From: an uncultured virus (IMG/VR IMGVR_UViG_3300044858_005455)
Taxonomy: Duplodnaviria; Heunggongvirae; Uroviricota; Caudoviricetes
DNA: 64,000 nucleotides
Virus record (IMG/VR): IMGVR_UViG_3300044858_005455
Strand: one strand, 5' to 3'
The notes beneath the pieces are model-generated. The model worked only from the letters and a program-made list of their open reading frames with translations, ran no database searches and had not been told where the DNA came from. Both the position numbers and the translations under genes were made by a program. This document shows positions 26,453 to 37,000 of the stretch, in pieces. Positions within the stretch are counted from its first letter, which is position 1. The number at the start of each line of letters is the position of its first letter.

Positions 26453-28423
26453 TCAGTTATGACTGATCACATAGACGCGCTTAGCATCCGTATACCCTTT
26501 GTAGTCTTGTGGTAGAAGAGACCCTCCTACTTTAAGTGCCTCGCCCCATGCGGCGAGGGCACCATAGAGATCCCCGTTTGCTCCGAGGAGCACCCGGTTG
26601 ACGAAGGCACTATAGAGATCCCCGCTTTCTCCGATGATCACCCCTTTGATGAACCACATCTTAAGAATCTTCTGGGCTATCTCTTCGTAGAGAAGAATAA
26701 CCGTGGGCTCTCGTTGCTCTAGCCCAAGTGCTTCGCAATTGTCGAAGCACAAATCCCCGGACTTGTTAATCCAGGTCCAGGACTGGGCTATTATGGTTCC
26801 TATATCATCTTCAAATACGAGGAATCCAGAATTGGGCTTTTCTTGCCCATACCAAGCGCAGGCTTCCCCATCTCCGTCTGGGTGCTGACAACAGTTGGTA
26901 TATTCACCGAGGAAGAGCCCTCGCGTATCCTCCCGGGGGAGGAAGTACGCCCGTATTCCATCCCGGGTTGCACTAATCCCCGGGAGGAAGTTGGGTTGTT
27001 GTAGGGAACGTATAAAACGCCCCTCGTAGTACTCGAAATCCCGGGTAGATACGCCCCAATTGGCGCACTCAAGAGCAAACTCTTGGTGCTTAATATTTGT
27101 GTACTTACGTACTTTACATGCCGTCACTAGTTGACGGAATGGCAGAGAGCGCTCCTCTGTATTTAATTTGTGCCAGACTCGGCATATTAAGCCAAGTTCA
27201 GAAACTGAGGTAGAGCGCTGGCGTAGGCGCTCTCCCTGTGCGAATAGAAACTCGCTCAATCCCTGCCCGCCGAAGGGTAGCCAGTAAGTGGCGTCATGCT
27301 CGCTGTAGCCGAGCTTGGCCATCTTGCTGAGCCACTCTTCAGAGCGGCTTCCGAAAGTGGTTACCAATGGGATTATGTACTCTAGAGGATTCTCACGTAG
27401 CAATAGCTTATTAGCTGCTGTTACCTTCAAGGTAGGTATATGCCCGCCCTCCCCAAATATAGTTTCTTCGTTTTCTTTAAAGGCCTTGAGCAGAGGGCGC
27501 TCAATAGCACAACTAAGTTCCCCGTACAATTTACGGAGGGCTAGGCGCTTGTGCCCATTAAGCCACAGGTACTGAGCTATGGCCGTGCGCCCCGAGTGGC
27601 ACACCTCATTAAAGCGCTGCCAGAACGCACTAACGCGTTCGGTACGGGAACGGCGGCGCGCCCGATCCCATTGTTTCCCCTCCTCTTTCCAGATGACCCC
27701 AGCAAGGGCTCGGAGGTCTGGGCGGGACTTGTACAGAGTTCCCAGCCGTACAGCCAGAGACTTAGGAATCTCTGTATTGTACTTCCACACGCTCGCAGCT
27801 GGAATTAGATCCCAGACGTTACCAATGCGGGTGGGAACAGGCATACGAACTAGTACACGCTTAACCCAAATGGGTAAGCGGTTATAGTTCGGGGTGCATG
27901 CTACTGCCAATACCGTACTGTGGTCTGGTTGGTAACCAGAGTTCCATACCCGCCCAGGGGCGCGGACACCCTCCCATAGAGGGAGGAAACGCTTGACCTC
28001 CCACCAGTGTTTAACACCTAGATCTACTAGGCGTTCAGCTAACTGAGGAGTTCTTAGCTCCTCGAACCAAATTCCCTCTTTCTCGTAGGGGAGTTTAATA
28101 CCTTCGTTTAAATGAAGGTATCGGATAAGGCGGAGGCGCACTTTATTTGCCTCCTTTGCCTCCTCCAAGGTTATTTCTCGGGTCATCACCCGAGAGATAA
28201 TCCAGCGCTGGGAGCTAGATAGACTATTCCACTCCTCCCATTCACTCCAGGGAGTGAATGGATTGAGTTCCAGCCACTCCCGGAACTCAAGTAAAACGTT
28301 ATAAAGAGAGAAGTAGTAGGGAGCGGGGTCAGCTCCCAACTCAGCTCCCAACTCCCACTCAAAGGAGTAGGCAAGCTGAATACGGCCCGCTTTGGTTTTG
28401 GCAGATTTGATAAACTTAGACAT
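26453..28423 (-). CDS. Large early protein with a C-terminal PcfJ-like domain
   Basis: LGEYTNCCQH...AC.WYG...GFLVFE...IIAQSWTW...FDNCE; first gene of the leftward array. Confidence 0.6.
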   Translation of the reverse strand: MSKFIKSAKTKAGRIQLAYSFEWELGAELGADPAPYYFSLYNVLLEFREWLELNPFTPWSEWEEWNSLSSSQRWIISRVMTREITLEEAKEANKVRLRLIRYLHLNEGIKLPYEKEGIWFEELRTPQLAERLVDLGVKHWWEVKRFLPLWEGVRAPGRVWNSGYQPDHSTVLAVACTPNYNRLPIWVKRVLVRMPVPTRIGNVWDLIPAASVWKYNTEIPKSLAVRLGTLYKSRPDLRALAGVIWKEEGKQWDRARRRSRTERVSAFWQRFNEVCHSGRTAIAQYLWLNGHKRLALRKLYGELSCAIERPLLKAFKENEETIFGEGGHIPTLKVTAANKLLLRENPLEYIIPLVTTFGSRSEEWLSKMAKLGYSEHDATYWLPFGGQGLSEFLFAQGERLRQRSTSVSELGLICRVWHKLNTEERSLPFRQLVTACKVRKYTNIKHQEFALECANWGVSTRDFEYYEGRFIRSLQQPNFLPGISATRDGIRAYFLPREDTRGLFLGEYTNCCQHPDGDGEACAWYGQEKPNSGFLVFEDDIGTIIAQSWTWINKSGDLCFDNCEALGLEQREPTVILLYEEIAQKILKMWFIKGVIIGESGDLYSAFVNRVLLGANGDLYGALAAWGEALKVGGSLLPQDYKGYTDAKRVYVISHN

Positions 28424-28574
28424 AGAATTGTCCTCCTGGGACTAAAATTCACCAGAAGGAAAAAGGGGCCCGCAGGCCCTATTATTAGTGCTATACCATC
28501 GCCTACTTGAAGCAGGTGATATCAATACCCAAGAGGATCGAACATCCCTATATTAGTTGGAATGGATAGCCTCT

Positions 28575-28750
28575 GGGTGGGGGAGGAGGTATACCCTATA
28601 ATACACCAAAATACCGCCAGCAAATATCAAGAATCTAAGAGCTCTAGGCCTATAATACACCAAAATACCGCCAACAGGAGGGTGGGGGAGGGGGTATACC
28701 CTATAATACACCAAAATACCGCTAGCAAATATTGAGAATCTAGGAGCTCA
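28575..28750. repeat. Iteron-like direct repeats at the strand-divergence point
   Basis: CCTATAATACACCAAAATACCGC at 28595, 28649 and 28700, within a ~105-bp higher-order duplication. Confidence 0.85.
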
Positions 28751-28804
28751 ATAATAAGGCGGAGAGGTGTGGTAGTATGGAGCAGCTATATAGGAGGTAA
28801 TGGT

Positions 28805-29431
28805 ATGTTAAAGGACATCAAGGAAGCGGTTAGGATAGAGAAGTTGAGTGAGATACAGGTAAAAGAATTACAGAAGAGGCTAGGGATACAGCAGACAGGA
28901 ATAATGGGGCCAATGACGAGGAAAGCCTGGGAGGATTGGAAGAGGAGTAAGGGTATGGGAGAACCGGGGTTAATAGGGGCGAGTTCTATAGGTCTATTAC
29001 TAGAAGAGATAGACTGGGCGGATATGACGAGTAAGGTAAGCAAGTACTTTACTGTGGGAGAGGTAACGAAGCGGCAGGCGGCGCGCATACCAACGAGTAA
29101 GGTCATCCAGGACAATATAGTGAGACTAGCTAAGGAGTTAGATAAGATAAGGGAGGAGTGGGGTAAGCCCATTATAGTAACGAGTTGGTATAGGCCCCTC
29201 GCAATTAACAGGGCAGTAGGAGGAGTGGATAATAGTCAGCATATAGAGGGGCTAGCGGTAGACGTAGCGCCCATAGACCCCACCGAGCTAATTGAGTTCG
29301 AGAGGTGGTTAGACGAGCATTGGTACGGGCCGCTGGGGTGGGGGGCCCAGAGTGGGAGGGGCTTCACGCACCTAGGGTTAACGAGGGGGTGGAGAGCAGG
29401 AGGAAAGAAGGGGCCTCGCTGGAGATACTAA
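28805..29431 (+). CDS. Peptidase M15A (Zn D-Ala-D-Ala peptidase fold) with a peptidoglycan-binding-like N-terminus
   Basis: TSWYRP..INRAVGG..NSQHIEGLAVD...FTHL; start at 28805 after AGGAGG. Confidence 0.85.
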   Translation: MLKDIKEAVRIEKLSEIQVKELQKRLGIQQTGIMGPMTRKAWEDWKRSKGMGEPGLIGASSIGLLLEEIDWADMTSKVSKYFTVGEVTKRQAARIPTSKVIQDNIVRLAKELDKIREEWGKPIIVTSWYRPLAINRAVGGVDNSQHIEGLAVDVAPIDPTELIEFERWLDEHWYGPLGWGAQSGRGFTHLGLTRGWRAGGKKGPRWRY

Positions 29432-29488
29432 TGCCTACCCCTCCCCATACAAGACAAGGAGCATTAACATACTAATACAAATAGAAGT

Positions 29489-30244
29489 ATGCTAAGAAAC
29501 ATTGATAGAGCAATGCGGCTGCAAGAGTTAGATAGTCAGCAGGTGCGGGAGCTACAACAGGAGCTAGGTGGTTTAGTGGTAGATGGAGTAATGGGGCCGA
29601 GGACAGAGGCTAGGTGGAAGGAGTGGAAGAAGGCAAATAATCAAGCGGAGCCCGACCTAATAGGACCAGGCTCTGTGCGTCTATTACTATCAGCTGAGGA
29701 AGTAATGACGAGAGGAGAATACGATCTAGCGTTAGCCCCAGCCTCTAAGAGAGATAGGGATCGATACTACAGGCCCCTAATGGCAGCGATGGAGGAGTGT
29801 AATATAAAGGGGCCCGCGCGTATGGCGATGTTCTTAGCTCAGCTGATGCACGAGTCAGGGAACCTACGCTACGATGAGGAGATATGGGGGCCCACACCAA
29901 TACAGAGGGGATACGAGGGCAGGAGAGACCTCGGTAATATAAAGGTAGGAGATGGACGAAGATTCAGGGGTAGAAGTTTACTTCAGTTAACGGGCCGGGC
30001 CAATTACCAAAACATGGGGAATATGCTAGGGCTACCGCTAGTAGATAATCCAGAACTAGCAAAGGAGCCCTTCAACTCAGCACGCATAGCAGCGCACTAC
30101 TGGAGAACACGGGGGCTAAATGAAATAGCAGACAAGAATGATATAAACGCATTCAAGCAGGTAACGCGACGTATCAATGGCGGGCTGATAGGGTTATCAG
30201 ATAGACTAGAGCACTGGAAGAGAATACAGGCGGTGCTGACATGA
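29489..30244 (+). CDS. Glycoside hydrolase family 19 endolysin with PG-binding N-terminus
   Basis: AMFLAQLMHESGNL.Y.EE, DLGN...GDG.RFRGR..LQLTGRANY, VTRRINGG. Confidence 0.9.
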   Translation: MLRNIDRAMRLQELDSQQVRELQQELGGLVVDGVMGPRTEARWKEWKKANNQAEPDLIGPGSVRLLLSAEEVMTRGEYDLALAPASKRDRDRYYRPLMAAMEECNIKGPARMAMFLAQLMHESGNLRYDEEIWGPTPIQRGYEGRRDLGNIKVGDGRRFRGRSLLQLTGRANYQNMGNMLGLPLVDNPELAKEPFNSARIAAHYWRTRGLNEIADKNDINAFKQVTRRINGGLIGLSDRLEHWKRIQAVLT

Positions 30245-30651
30245 TAATGGGGAGGTTCCGTATATATCCGAGTAGAGACAATTGTATGTTAGAGGAAGAT
30301 AGTCACTACTACGAGGCCCGCATTCACGACACTGTGGAATCTCTTCTATTATGGGGGCACCAGAAGAGAGGGGGACATACAGTAGACTATAAGGCCATAG
30401 TAATACCAGACTATAATGTAGATAAGAACGGTCGTATACCTAGTAGAGTGGGATGGGTAGGGTTATGTCTCCCCTACCTAGATGCCGGTATAATAGCGCA
30501 CGAGGCTCTACACATAGCCACATCATATCTGAGACTGAAGGGTCTACTTGAACTAGGAGAGGATATAGATGATGGTGAAGAGACACTAGCGTATACGCTA
30601 GGTACGGTAATGAGCCAGATAGGGGAGTATATATACAAGAGATACAGATAG
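30241..30651 (+). CDS. Small zincin-like (HExxH) protein
   Basis: IIAHEALHIA...EETLAY. Confidence 0.65.
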   Translation: MIMGRFRIYPSRDNCMLEEDSHYYEARIHDTVESLLLWGHQKRGGHTVDYKAIVIPDYNVDKNGRIPSRVGWVGLCLPYLDAGIIAHEALHIATSYLRLKGLLELGEDIDDGEETLAYTLGTVMSQIGEYIYKRYR

Positions 30652-30770
30652 TATTGACAGAGGCGGCCCCGCAAATTTATTACTGAAAATTACTCTTTGC
30701 CATAGAAGCAGTAAGCACCAGATTGATTGAGGGCGCAACACTTAACCTTCTCAAAGTCAATCAATACTAA

Positions 30771-31484
30771 TCAGCCTTGAGTTAAATCTGGCATAGCTGA
30801 TTTAAGCTTATTGAATACCTGTATCTTATGAGCCACGCCGTGTACCGGTATGACTATGTTCTTACCTGTATTACCATTACATTTAAGGCACGCGCTACAC
30901 TGAGTCTCGTTAACTGAATAGAGACAGGCCTGCTCTCCCCTAATAGGTAGCTCACCATCTATAGCAACCCGATAGGTAGCCCAGCCCATAGAGTGGGCCA
31001 GCTTTAAATCCTCATATGACTCTACACTAGCATGGAGGTAGTTGCGCCACTCAGGATCACAATCACGCCATCGATGAGTATAACCAGTCCATCCCGGTGC
31101 CTTATTAATCAGAGGTAGCCAGGCAGAGAGGGGCACCATAGCTGGATCGCCATAGGCTCCCAGACGCAGGGGGAATGGTAGCGTAGTGTTCTTCCAGGTA
31201 TCGAGATCACCACGTTCCCACATACGCCAAATGTTATTAGAGGCCCGCGGATCCACATAACACACCCGTTTCCGCAGAGGACAATCGCCGCATATACTAC
31301 TATCAGCACCAGACTGTATATTAGATATAGGCGAGCCCTCCTGACGCAGAATATATGTCTGTATCATAAAGCCTGTCTTACGGTTCATACTGGGGCGCTG
31401 GAATCCACTAGCGAGAACTACTATAGGTTGACTGTCCCAGAGAGAAAGGCCACTCCATATTACGAGGGTACTACTTTTATACAT
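30771..31484 (-). CDS. Cys-rich conserved phage protein (possibly radical-SAM-related)
   Basis: NRKTG.MIQTYIL, ICGDCPLR..CYV, RLGAYGDP, GYTH.W, ASVE, C..C..C. Confidence 0.6.
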   Translation of the reverse strand: MYKSSTLVIWSGLSLWDSQPIVVLASGFQRPSMNRKTGFMIQTYILRQEGSPISNIQSGADSSICGDCPLRKRVCYVDPRASNNIWRMWERGDLDTWKNTTLPFPLRLGAYGDPAMVPLSAWLPLINKAPGWTGYTHRWRDCDPEWRNYLHASVESYEDLKLAHSMGWATYRVAIDGELPIRGEQACLYSVNETQCSACLKCNGNTGKNIVIPVHGVAHKIQVFNKLKSAMPDLTQG

Positions 31485-31511
31485 AGAATATAGTCTAGAA
31501 TGGATTGAAGT

Positions 31512-31877
31512 ATGGTATTATCATTGAAAAATATGCACACACAACTCGAAGATTGTGCTAGTCAACTACTAGTAGCAGCAGTAATCAAGAGAGATGAGGA
31601 AGCCACTGAGGCTATTCTAGATGTCATCGCCCTATTATTCACCGAGGCCGAGCAGATAGAATTAGCAGTTCATATGGCTTACAATAGCCTAGATGAAGAT
31701 GGATGTGAGTGGCTTCAGGAGCAGATAGAGTTGCTAGACTGCCCCTCAGCCGAGGTTAATCGGGAGGATTTGATGCAAGCACTAGAAGACGAGGGTATCT
31801 TTGTAACAGAGCAGGCCCTAGAACACACGTACGGTGAGTCGGAGCATGATGGTGAAACTAATACGATTCTTAAGTAG
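31512..31877 (+). CDS. Acidic hypothetical protein
   Basis: 121-aa ORF. Confidence 0.65.
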   Translation: MVLSLKNMHTQLEDCASQLLVAAVIKRDEEATEAILDVIALLFTEAEQIELAVHMAYNSLDEDGCEWLQEQIELLDCPSAEVNREDLMQALEDEGIFVTEQALEHTYGESEHDGETNTILK

Positions 31878-32127
31878 TTTACTAGCTCTAGTACGCCTAC
31901 TGAGTCGAGCACAACTTACATGGGCCGGCCCGTATCTCACAGTAGACTACGAGGGAGTGATAATCCGTGTAGGTCAGGGGGAGTTGAGTATAGATACCAG
32001 TAATCATATGATGATTAATTGCAATCACAAGGAGGATAGTAGACCAGATGTTTCCAGCGTGCAGGATAGGAGATATGGTGAGAAGCATATGCCCCAGGAT
32101 ACCCGACGGGCCTTTCTACACAGGTAG
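31834..32127 (+). CDS. Hypothetical protein
   Basis: Overlapping operonic ORF; start probably ATG 31846/31849. Confidence 0.5.
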   Translation: MSRSMMVKLIRFLSSLLALVRLLSRAQLTWAGPYLTVDYEGVIIRVGQGELSIDTSNHMMINCNHKEDSRPDVSSVQDRRYGEKHMPQDTRRAFLHR

Positions 32128-32305
32128 TCCTGATACCATGATTAACGGTAGACCCGCCATACGAATAGGAGACATGTCAGTGCCGGGCCCTGCTATCACT
32201 GGCAGCCCACGCACATTTATTAATGGCATACCAGCTGTGAGTATTATAGATCAGGTCTTCTGTGGCGTTATAATAGCAGGTAGTGAGGACACCTTCATAG
32301 ACTAA
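32048..32305 (+). CDS. PAAR-repeat tail spike tip protein
   Basis: PACRIGD, TGSP.T.INGRPAIRIGD, TGSP.TFINGIPA, GS..TFI. Confidence 0.9.
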   Translation: MFPACRIGDMVRSICPRIPDGPFYTGSPDTMINGRPAIRIGDMSVPGPAITGSPRTFINGIPAVSIIDQVFCGVIIAGSEDTFID

Positions 32306-32381
32306 TTCCTAGTAGCCTTTTTTCTACCTAAACGTCCCCAAAAAGCGATACTCAACTTTATTTAGGTTAAATATTGCACTA

Positions 32382-33326
32382 ATGCTTACATTTAATAGAG
32401 ATCCACAACCTGCTACCATAAGCTCACCCCCCACTACTACTAATGCCGTCATACAGCAGTTCAATAGTGAATTAGAGGAGGAATGGGTAGTAGGAGAGCA
32501 GCAGGTTACCACACAGGGGGCCCGCGTGTATAGTCGACGATATCACGAGATACGCTTCAACGAAACAGATCTCGTACGATTAGATATGGTCAGCCTAGGT
32601 CAATATTCTCGTGTGTATGAGGCAGATCATTACTATAGACTCATACGCCCCTTCTACGAGGACGTGTACTCTGGCTCAGTGTCTAATCCCTATAATATGG
32701 GCCCGCCCAGTGATAGTGATTTCCTGCAGTGGCAGAAGCGTATTAATACGTATAGGCAGGAGAAGCACTATAGACCTAAGTGTGTGGATACGCTAGTATG
32801 GCGGCGTCCCGCTGATTGGCCATCGCTAGGAGAGGGCCTTGATGCAGGCGGTAATCCCATTGAGGTACCCACTCAAGAGCAGGGTACCTTTCCTACTACA
32901 CCCTACGTATTACCTCTAGTCAATGCAGGTAAGAGAGTGGCCGCCCGTGTAGTCGTAGATCCCCCCGTATCTCATACGGTAGAGATACTGCAGACTTCTG
33001 ATGGGCCAGCCCAGATAGTCAGTGGTATATTCTTATTGCACTGGCCTATTATACGTATTAAACTACTAGAGTTATTACTAGAGGCTCCCTGTACCGTAAC
33101 CGTGGAGTTCTGGGGAGAGTACCTATTCTCTCGCTTCAGTCCCGAGATAAATCACTCAGGAGAGAGCGATATACTACAGCACCCCGTAGGCTCTAGTCTA
33201 GAGACCAGATTATTACCCCCCAATAGGAGCAATATGCCGCAGAACTTCTGGAATAACGGTGGGGATACAGCCCCATTAGTAGATAATTACTGGGCTCGCC
33301 AGGGGGATGGATCATGGACAAGCTAA
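32382..33326 (+). CDS. Hypothetical (probable structural) protein
   Basis: 314-aa ORF. Confidence 0.7.
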   Translation: MLTFNRDPQPATISSPPTTTNAVIQQFNSELEEEWVVGEQQVTTQGARVYSRRYHEIRFNETDLVRLDMVSLGQYSRVYEADHYYRLIRPFYEDVYSGSVSNPYNMGPPSDSDFLQWQKRINTYRQEKHYRPKCVDTLVWRRPADWPSLGEGLDAGGNPIEVPTQEQGTFPTTPYVLPLVNAGKRVAARVVVDPPVSHTVEILQTSDGPAQIVSGIFLLHWPIIRIKLLELLLEAPCTVTVEFWGEYLFSRFSPEINHSGESDILQHPVGSSLETRLLPPNRSNMPQNFWNNGGDTAPLVDNYWARQGDGSWTS

Positions 33327-33562
33327 TACTATTAGATAAGCTAGCGCCACTAGATAGGGTGAAGTTAGAGGAGTTGGAGCCAGAGGACATGCGCCAGCTC
33401 CTACATTTATATTACTTAGATACACCGGCTGATATAGATATCCTTAGGATTAGAATAAGTAAGAGATTACTACGCGGAGTTAATCGTACCTATCTTAAGC
33501 ACCTTAAGCTACTATACGTTTACTTAGGTCACTATCTTAAGAAATCAGGAGTTATACATTGA
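33314..33562 (+). CDS. Hypothetical protein
   Basis: 82-aa overlapping ORF. Confidence 0.6.
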   Translation: MDKLILLDKLAPLDRVKLEELEPEDMRQLLHLYYLDTPADIDILRIRISKRLLRGVNRTYLKHLKLLYVYLGHYLKKSGVIH

Positions 33563-33813
33563 CTTATATATCAATTACATTCTCACAGCATCAGTCTCTT
33601 GATTGGTCACATACAATAGGAGAGGATGCCTTTGGCTGGCTACAGACAGCGGGGGAAGACAATATTATAGTAGAGAAGTTGGAACCATACGAGGCAGTAC
33701 TAGCCATAGAAGATGATATAGGCGATAATATAGGATATATATGCACCATGCTAATGGAGCACGGCATATTAGAATTTAATGTTCACGTAAGTCCTACTCA
33801 ATTAGCATGGTAA
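33559..33813 (+). CDS. Hypothetical protein
   Basis: 84-aa ORF with 4-nt overlap. Confidence 0.55.
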   Translation: MTYISITFSQHQSLDWSHTIGEDAFGWLQTAGEDNIIVEKLEPYEAVLAIEDDIGDNIGYICTMLMEHGILEFNVHVSPTQLAW

Positions 33814-34082
33814 CACTCTCAGACTACAGACTCACATACGAGATAACATCACTACCGACTATAATATTCGCTGGGATGACCGCGGCGGATGAGCCATTTC
33901 ACTTCACTCGCTTTGAGGTGCCCCCCATTAATGGTCCCATCGAGTGCCGCTTTTCACTATTCGATAAGTCAGGTAATTTGATAGAGTTATCTAATCAATA
34001 TGTGCACAGTACTACGCTAGTGGCTACCTGCAATATAGTGCCACTGCGTATGATAGAGAAGCTAGTTAAACCAGATCTATAG
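33807..34082 (+). CDS. Hypothetical protein
   Basis: 91-aa overlapping ORF. Confidence 0.55.
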   Translation: MVTLSDYRLTYEITSLPTIIFAGMTAADEPFHFTRFEVPPINGPIECRFSLFDKSGNLIELSNQYVHSTTLVATCNIVPLRMIEKLVKPDL

Positions 34083-37000
34083 AGTAACTCTCGCTCTCAT
34101 CTCGATAAGCCATACTATTGGGACGGTCCACTGTTAGGTCGCTCATGTAGAGGGCGTCATAAGTGTCGTATTCATCACCATTGAATATAGTTTGTACGAA
34201 GAACTCAACAGGGGAGCCCGTGTCATCCACGACCTCGGTTTCAGCATTATCCTCTCGTTCCATGCGAGCTCGATTCATACCTTCTTGAGCAGCGCGTATA
34301 CCGGCGCTAACAGCATCTAGAGCCGCGGGGGCTACACTACGCTGCATGCTGACCTCTAACCCACGGTGGAGTAACTTATTTACGAAGCCTGCTGATACGA
34401 GACTCAATGCCCCCGTGATGACGTTGCTAGCTACATTACGCAGGCCCGCGAATGGATCAGAGTCTATTGTAGGAGCCTTACCGAGTGTCTTCTCTATGAA
34501 TGGGTTGATGATATAGCGGCCTGCGAGTTGAGCTGTTGCGCCAAAGGCTATTTCCTGTGCTAGTAGCATACCGACACCAATTGTATAGTCTTCGTGTAGT
34601 TGACCTGCTAGGCGGCCCTTGAATCCCATACTCATCAGAGTACCTGCGGCGAAACGTCCCATCTGGTTACCTGCTGGGGCGCTTACGTAGGCCATAGCGC
34701 CTAGCATATTACCCATAGTCTGCTGCATTGCCTCGGGGCGGGCTCCGCCACTACTAATCATATCTCCTGCCAGTGCCATTAGGGGGAATAGAAGTACATC
34801 CATTAGATTACCGGCAGTATTGTTAAGAATAGGTAGATCATCTGCTACGCGCAAGAGGGGGCGGTCTGGTCGCGGGCGAGGGTCCAGTGGATCCACATCA
34901 GGAGGTGAGCCGGCTAGTAGGTAGTCGCGCCGACGAGCTGCTAACTCCTTAGCCCTATCTGGAGCGACACCCATATCCTGTAGCAGTTTTATATAACGCA
35001 TATCGACGTCACGGCTCTCATAATCTCGTAGCTCCTCTACTAGTCTATCAGCTGTATCTACCTGCTGACCTAGTGCTGTAGCGCGAACATAAGTAACCAA
35101 TCGACTAGTGGCCGCCTCATCTGTGAGAATTGTCTTCTGAATAAACTCTATTATCTCCTTATCAGCTGGGCTAGGGGTACCGCTATTGAGTAACACACTA
35201 AAGATATCTGCTATTTCATAGCGCTTACCATCAGCGTGAGTGAAGGTATCCATAAGAGACTCGAGGGCCCGTGTTACCTGCTCAGGCTCGTTTATCTTCC
35301 CGGCCGATACAGCCTGTAACAGTGATCTAACTAGCGGACTAGCTCCTGAGCCAGTAGGGTCACCAGCGGCAGTAATCAGATCCTGACCGAGTACATCCTC
35401 TAGCTGCCCTCCGTATAGTGTGGAGCGGGTACTATCATTAATAGCGAAGCGCAGTAGTTTACTGCCATCAGTATTGGCCCAGAGTGATGCGCTCTCCCTA
35501 CTACGTAGGAAGTTCATAGCTAATATACGCTTAGTATCCGTACCCATGTCCTGGAAGCGCTTATCTCCTATTACATCACGAGTGAAGTTCTGGAACTCTT
35601 CTACTTCTATCTCCATCTCGGTGAGGCCATTAGTGATGCCGCCTGCTATGAGAGCATCTATCTGAGCGGCCCGCGCGGGCTCACTATTTATGTAGGTCTC
35701 TACACTCTCTGCTAGGCCTCTACCAGAGCTAATGGGGTTTCCTGCCTTATCGGTTGGCATAGCCCGCTCGAAGGCGAATACAGCCGTCATACCTACTAGG
35801 TCCTGTCGTAGTTGATAGCTGGCTATGAGAGCGCGGCTATGAGTACCTATCTCATCTCCTCGCAATACACTTAATCGACGAGATAAATCTAACTGCTCAG
35901 TCTCTCCAATGGATAGCTTAGTCAGTAGATCATTAATCTTAGAGTCCTGGGCATCATTAGTAGCTGATGCCAGTAATTCTTTATGGGCCCCTATATACGC
36001 ATCTAATTTAAATAGAGGAGTTATAGACGGTAGTAGTCTATTCATATCATCCACTACACGCTGGCGCTCCACATCATCGACAGCATCTACAAAGCGCTTA
36101 TGGTACTGTGATAAGTTCTCTAGGAACTCAGCACCCCCCATCTTAGGCTTAATAGCATCCCGCAGCATTTGTTGTATCTCTTGCAGGAATGTGCCTACCT
36201 CGCCTACCTCTGTTCTACTCTGGCGGGCCAGTCTCTGTATATCCGCTATCTTACTATCGGCCTCTAGGTTAGCATCACTCGCGCTCATGCCACTTGCCAT
36301 ACCCTGATCGATTAGTATACGACGTATGTCATCCTGTAGGGCCGAGCTATTCTCTAGTGCATGAGACACAGCCATGATGGGGGAGCGCTCGTATAGCATA
36401 CCCACGGTAGTGTTATACGTCTTACCGAGGATTACACTACCTGCCTGACCCAGTACCTTCTGCATCATGTCGAATTGGCCGCCGCTCATTACACTACCAT
36501 CAGCGCGCTTCATGTACTTACTGAGATTATCGCGGGCATTAACGGCAGTTAGTCTATGTAGGAAGTCATATGCTTTCTCTTCCTGATCGTTACCTGTAGC
36601 GCTCAGGATATCATGTAGACTAGCCCGCACGAATGGTCCCGTATCAGGATTATTAACGAGATCGGTTAGTATGTTCTGGTCTGTAGAGGTAGATAATCTA
36701 TTAACTATATCAACTGCACTATCAGTTCTACTCTGCTGTATTAATTCTAATAGGGACTCATGGGCTGGCTGTATACGTGCGTATACGTCCTCCATCATAC
36801 CGAAGAGACCACGGGCCTGTTCTACTAGTACCAGGGCATGCTCTATACCTCGCTGTTCCAGCATACCCTTATCTAATTTCATATAGCCCGCTACCCAGCT
36901 ATACACTGAGTCGGTATACTCATTCCAATTAGCGTTAGTGGTTACCTGCTGTATAGTATCCAGTAGAGCACTGGCGCGCGTTTCTAAATCACTAGCTTGC

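Larger units (their letters stand above)
17336..28479 (-). promoter_or_regulatory. Family of 11 hairpin/T-tract/GTG intergenic elements (candidate phage-RNAP promoters and/or terminators)
   Basis: + strand YAC(T/C)A(A/G)A(A/G)GAAAA(A)GGGG-hairpin, with one CAATG variant, beginning at 17336, 22510, 23314, 24359, 24574, 25297, 25494, 25693, 25910, 26296 and 28450. Confidence 0.85.

Noticed and set aside
28575..28750. Possible CRISPR array
   Set aside because: Only three repeats, and the spacers belong to a higher-order duplication
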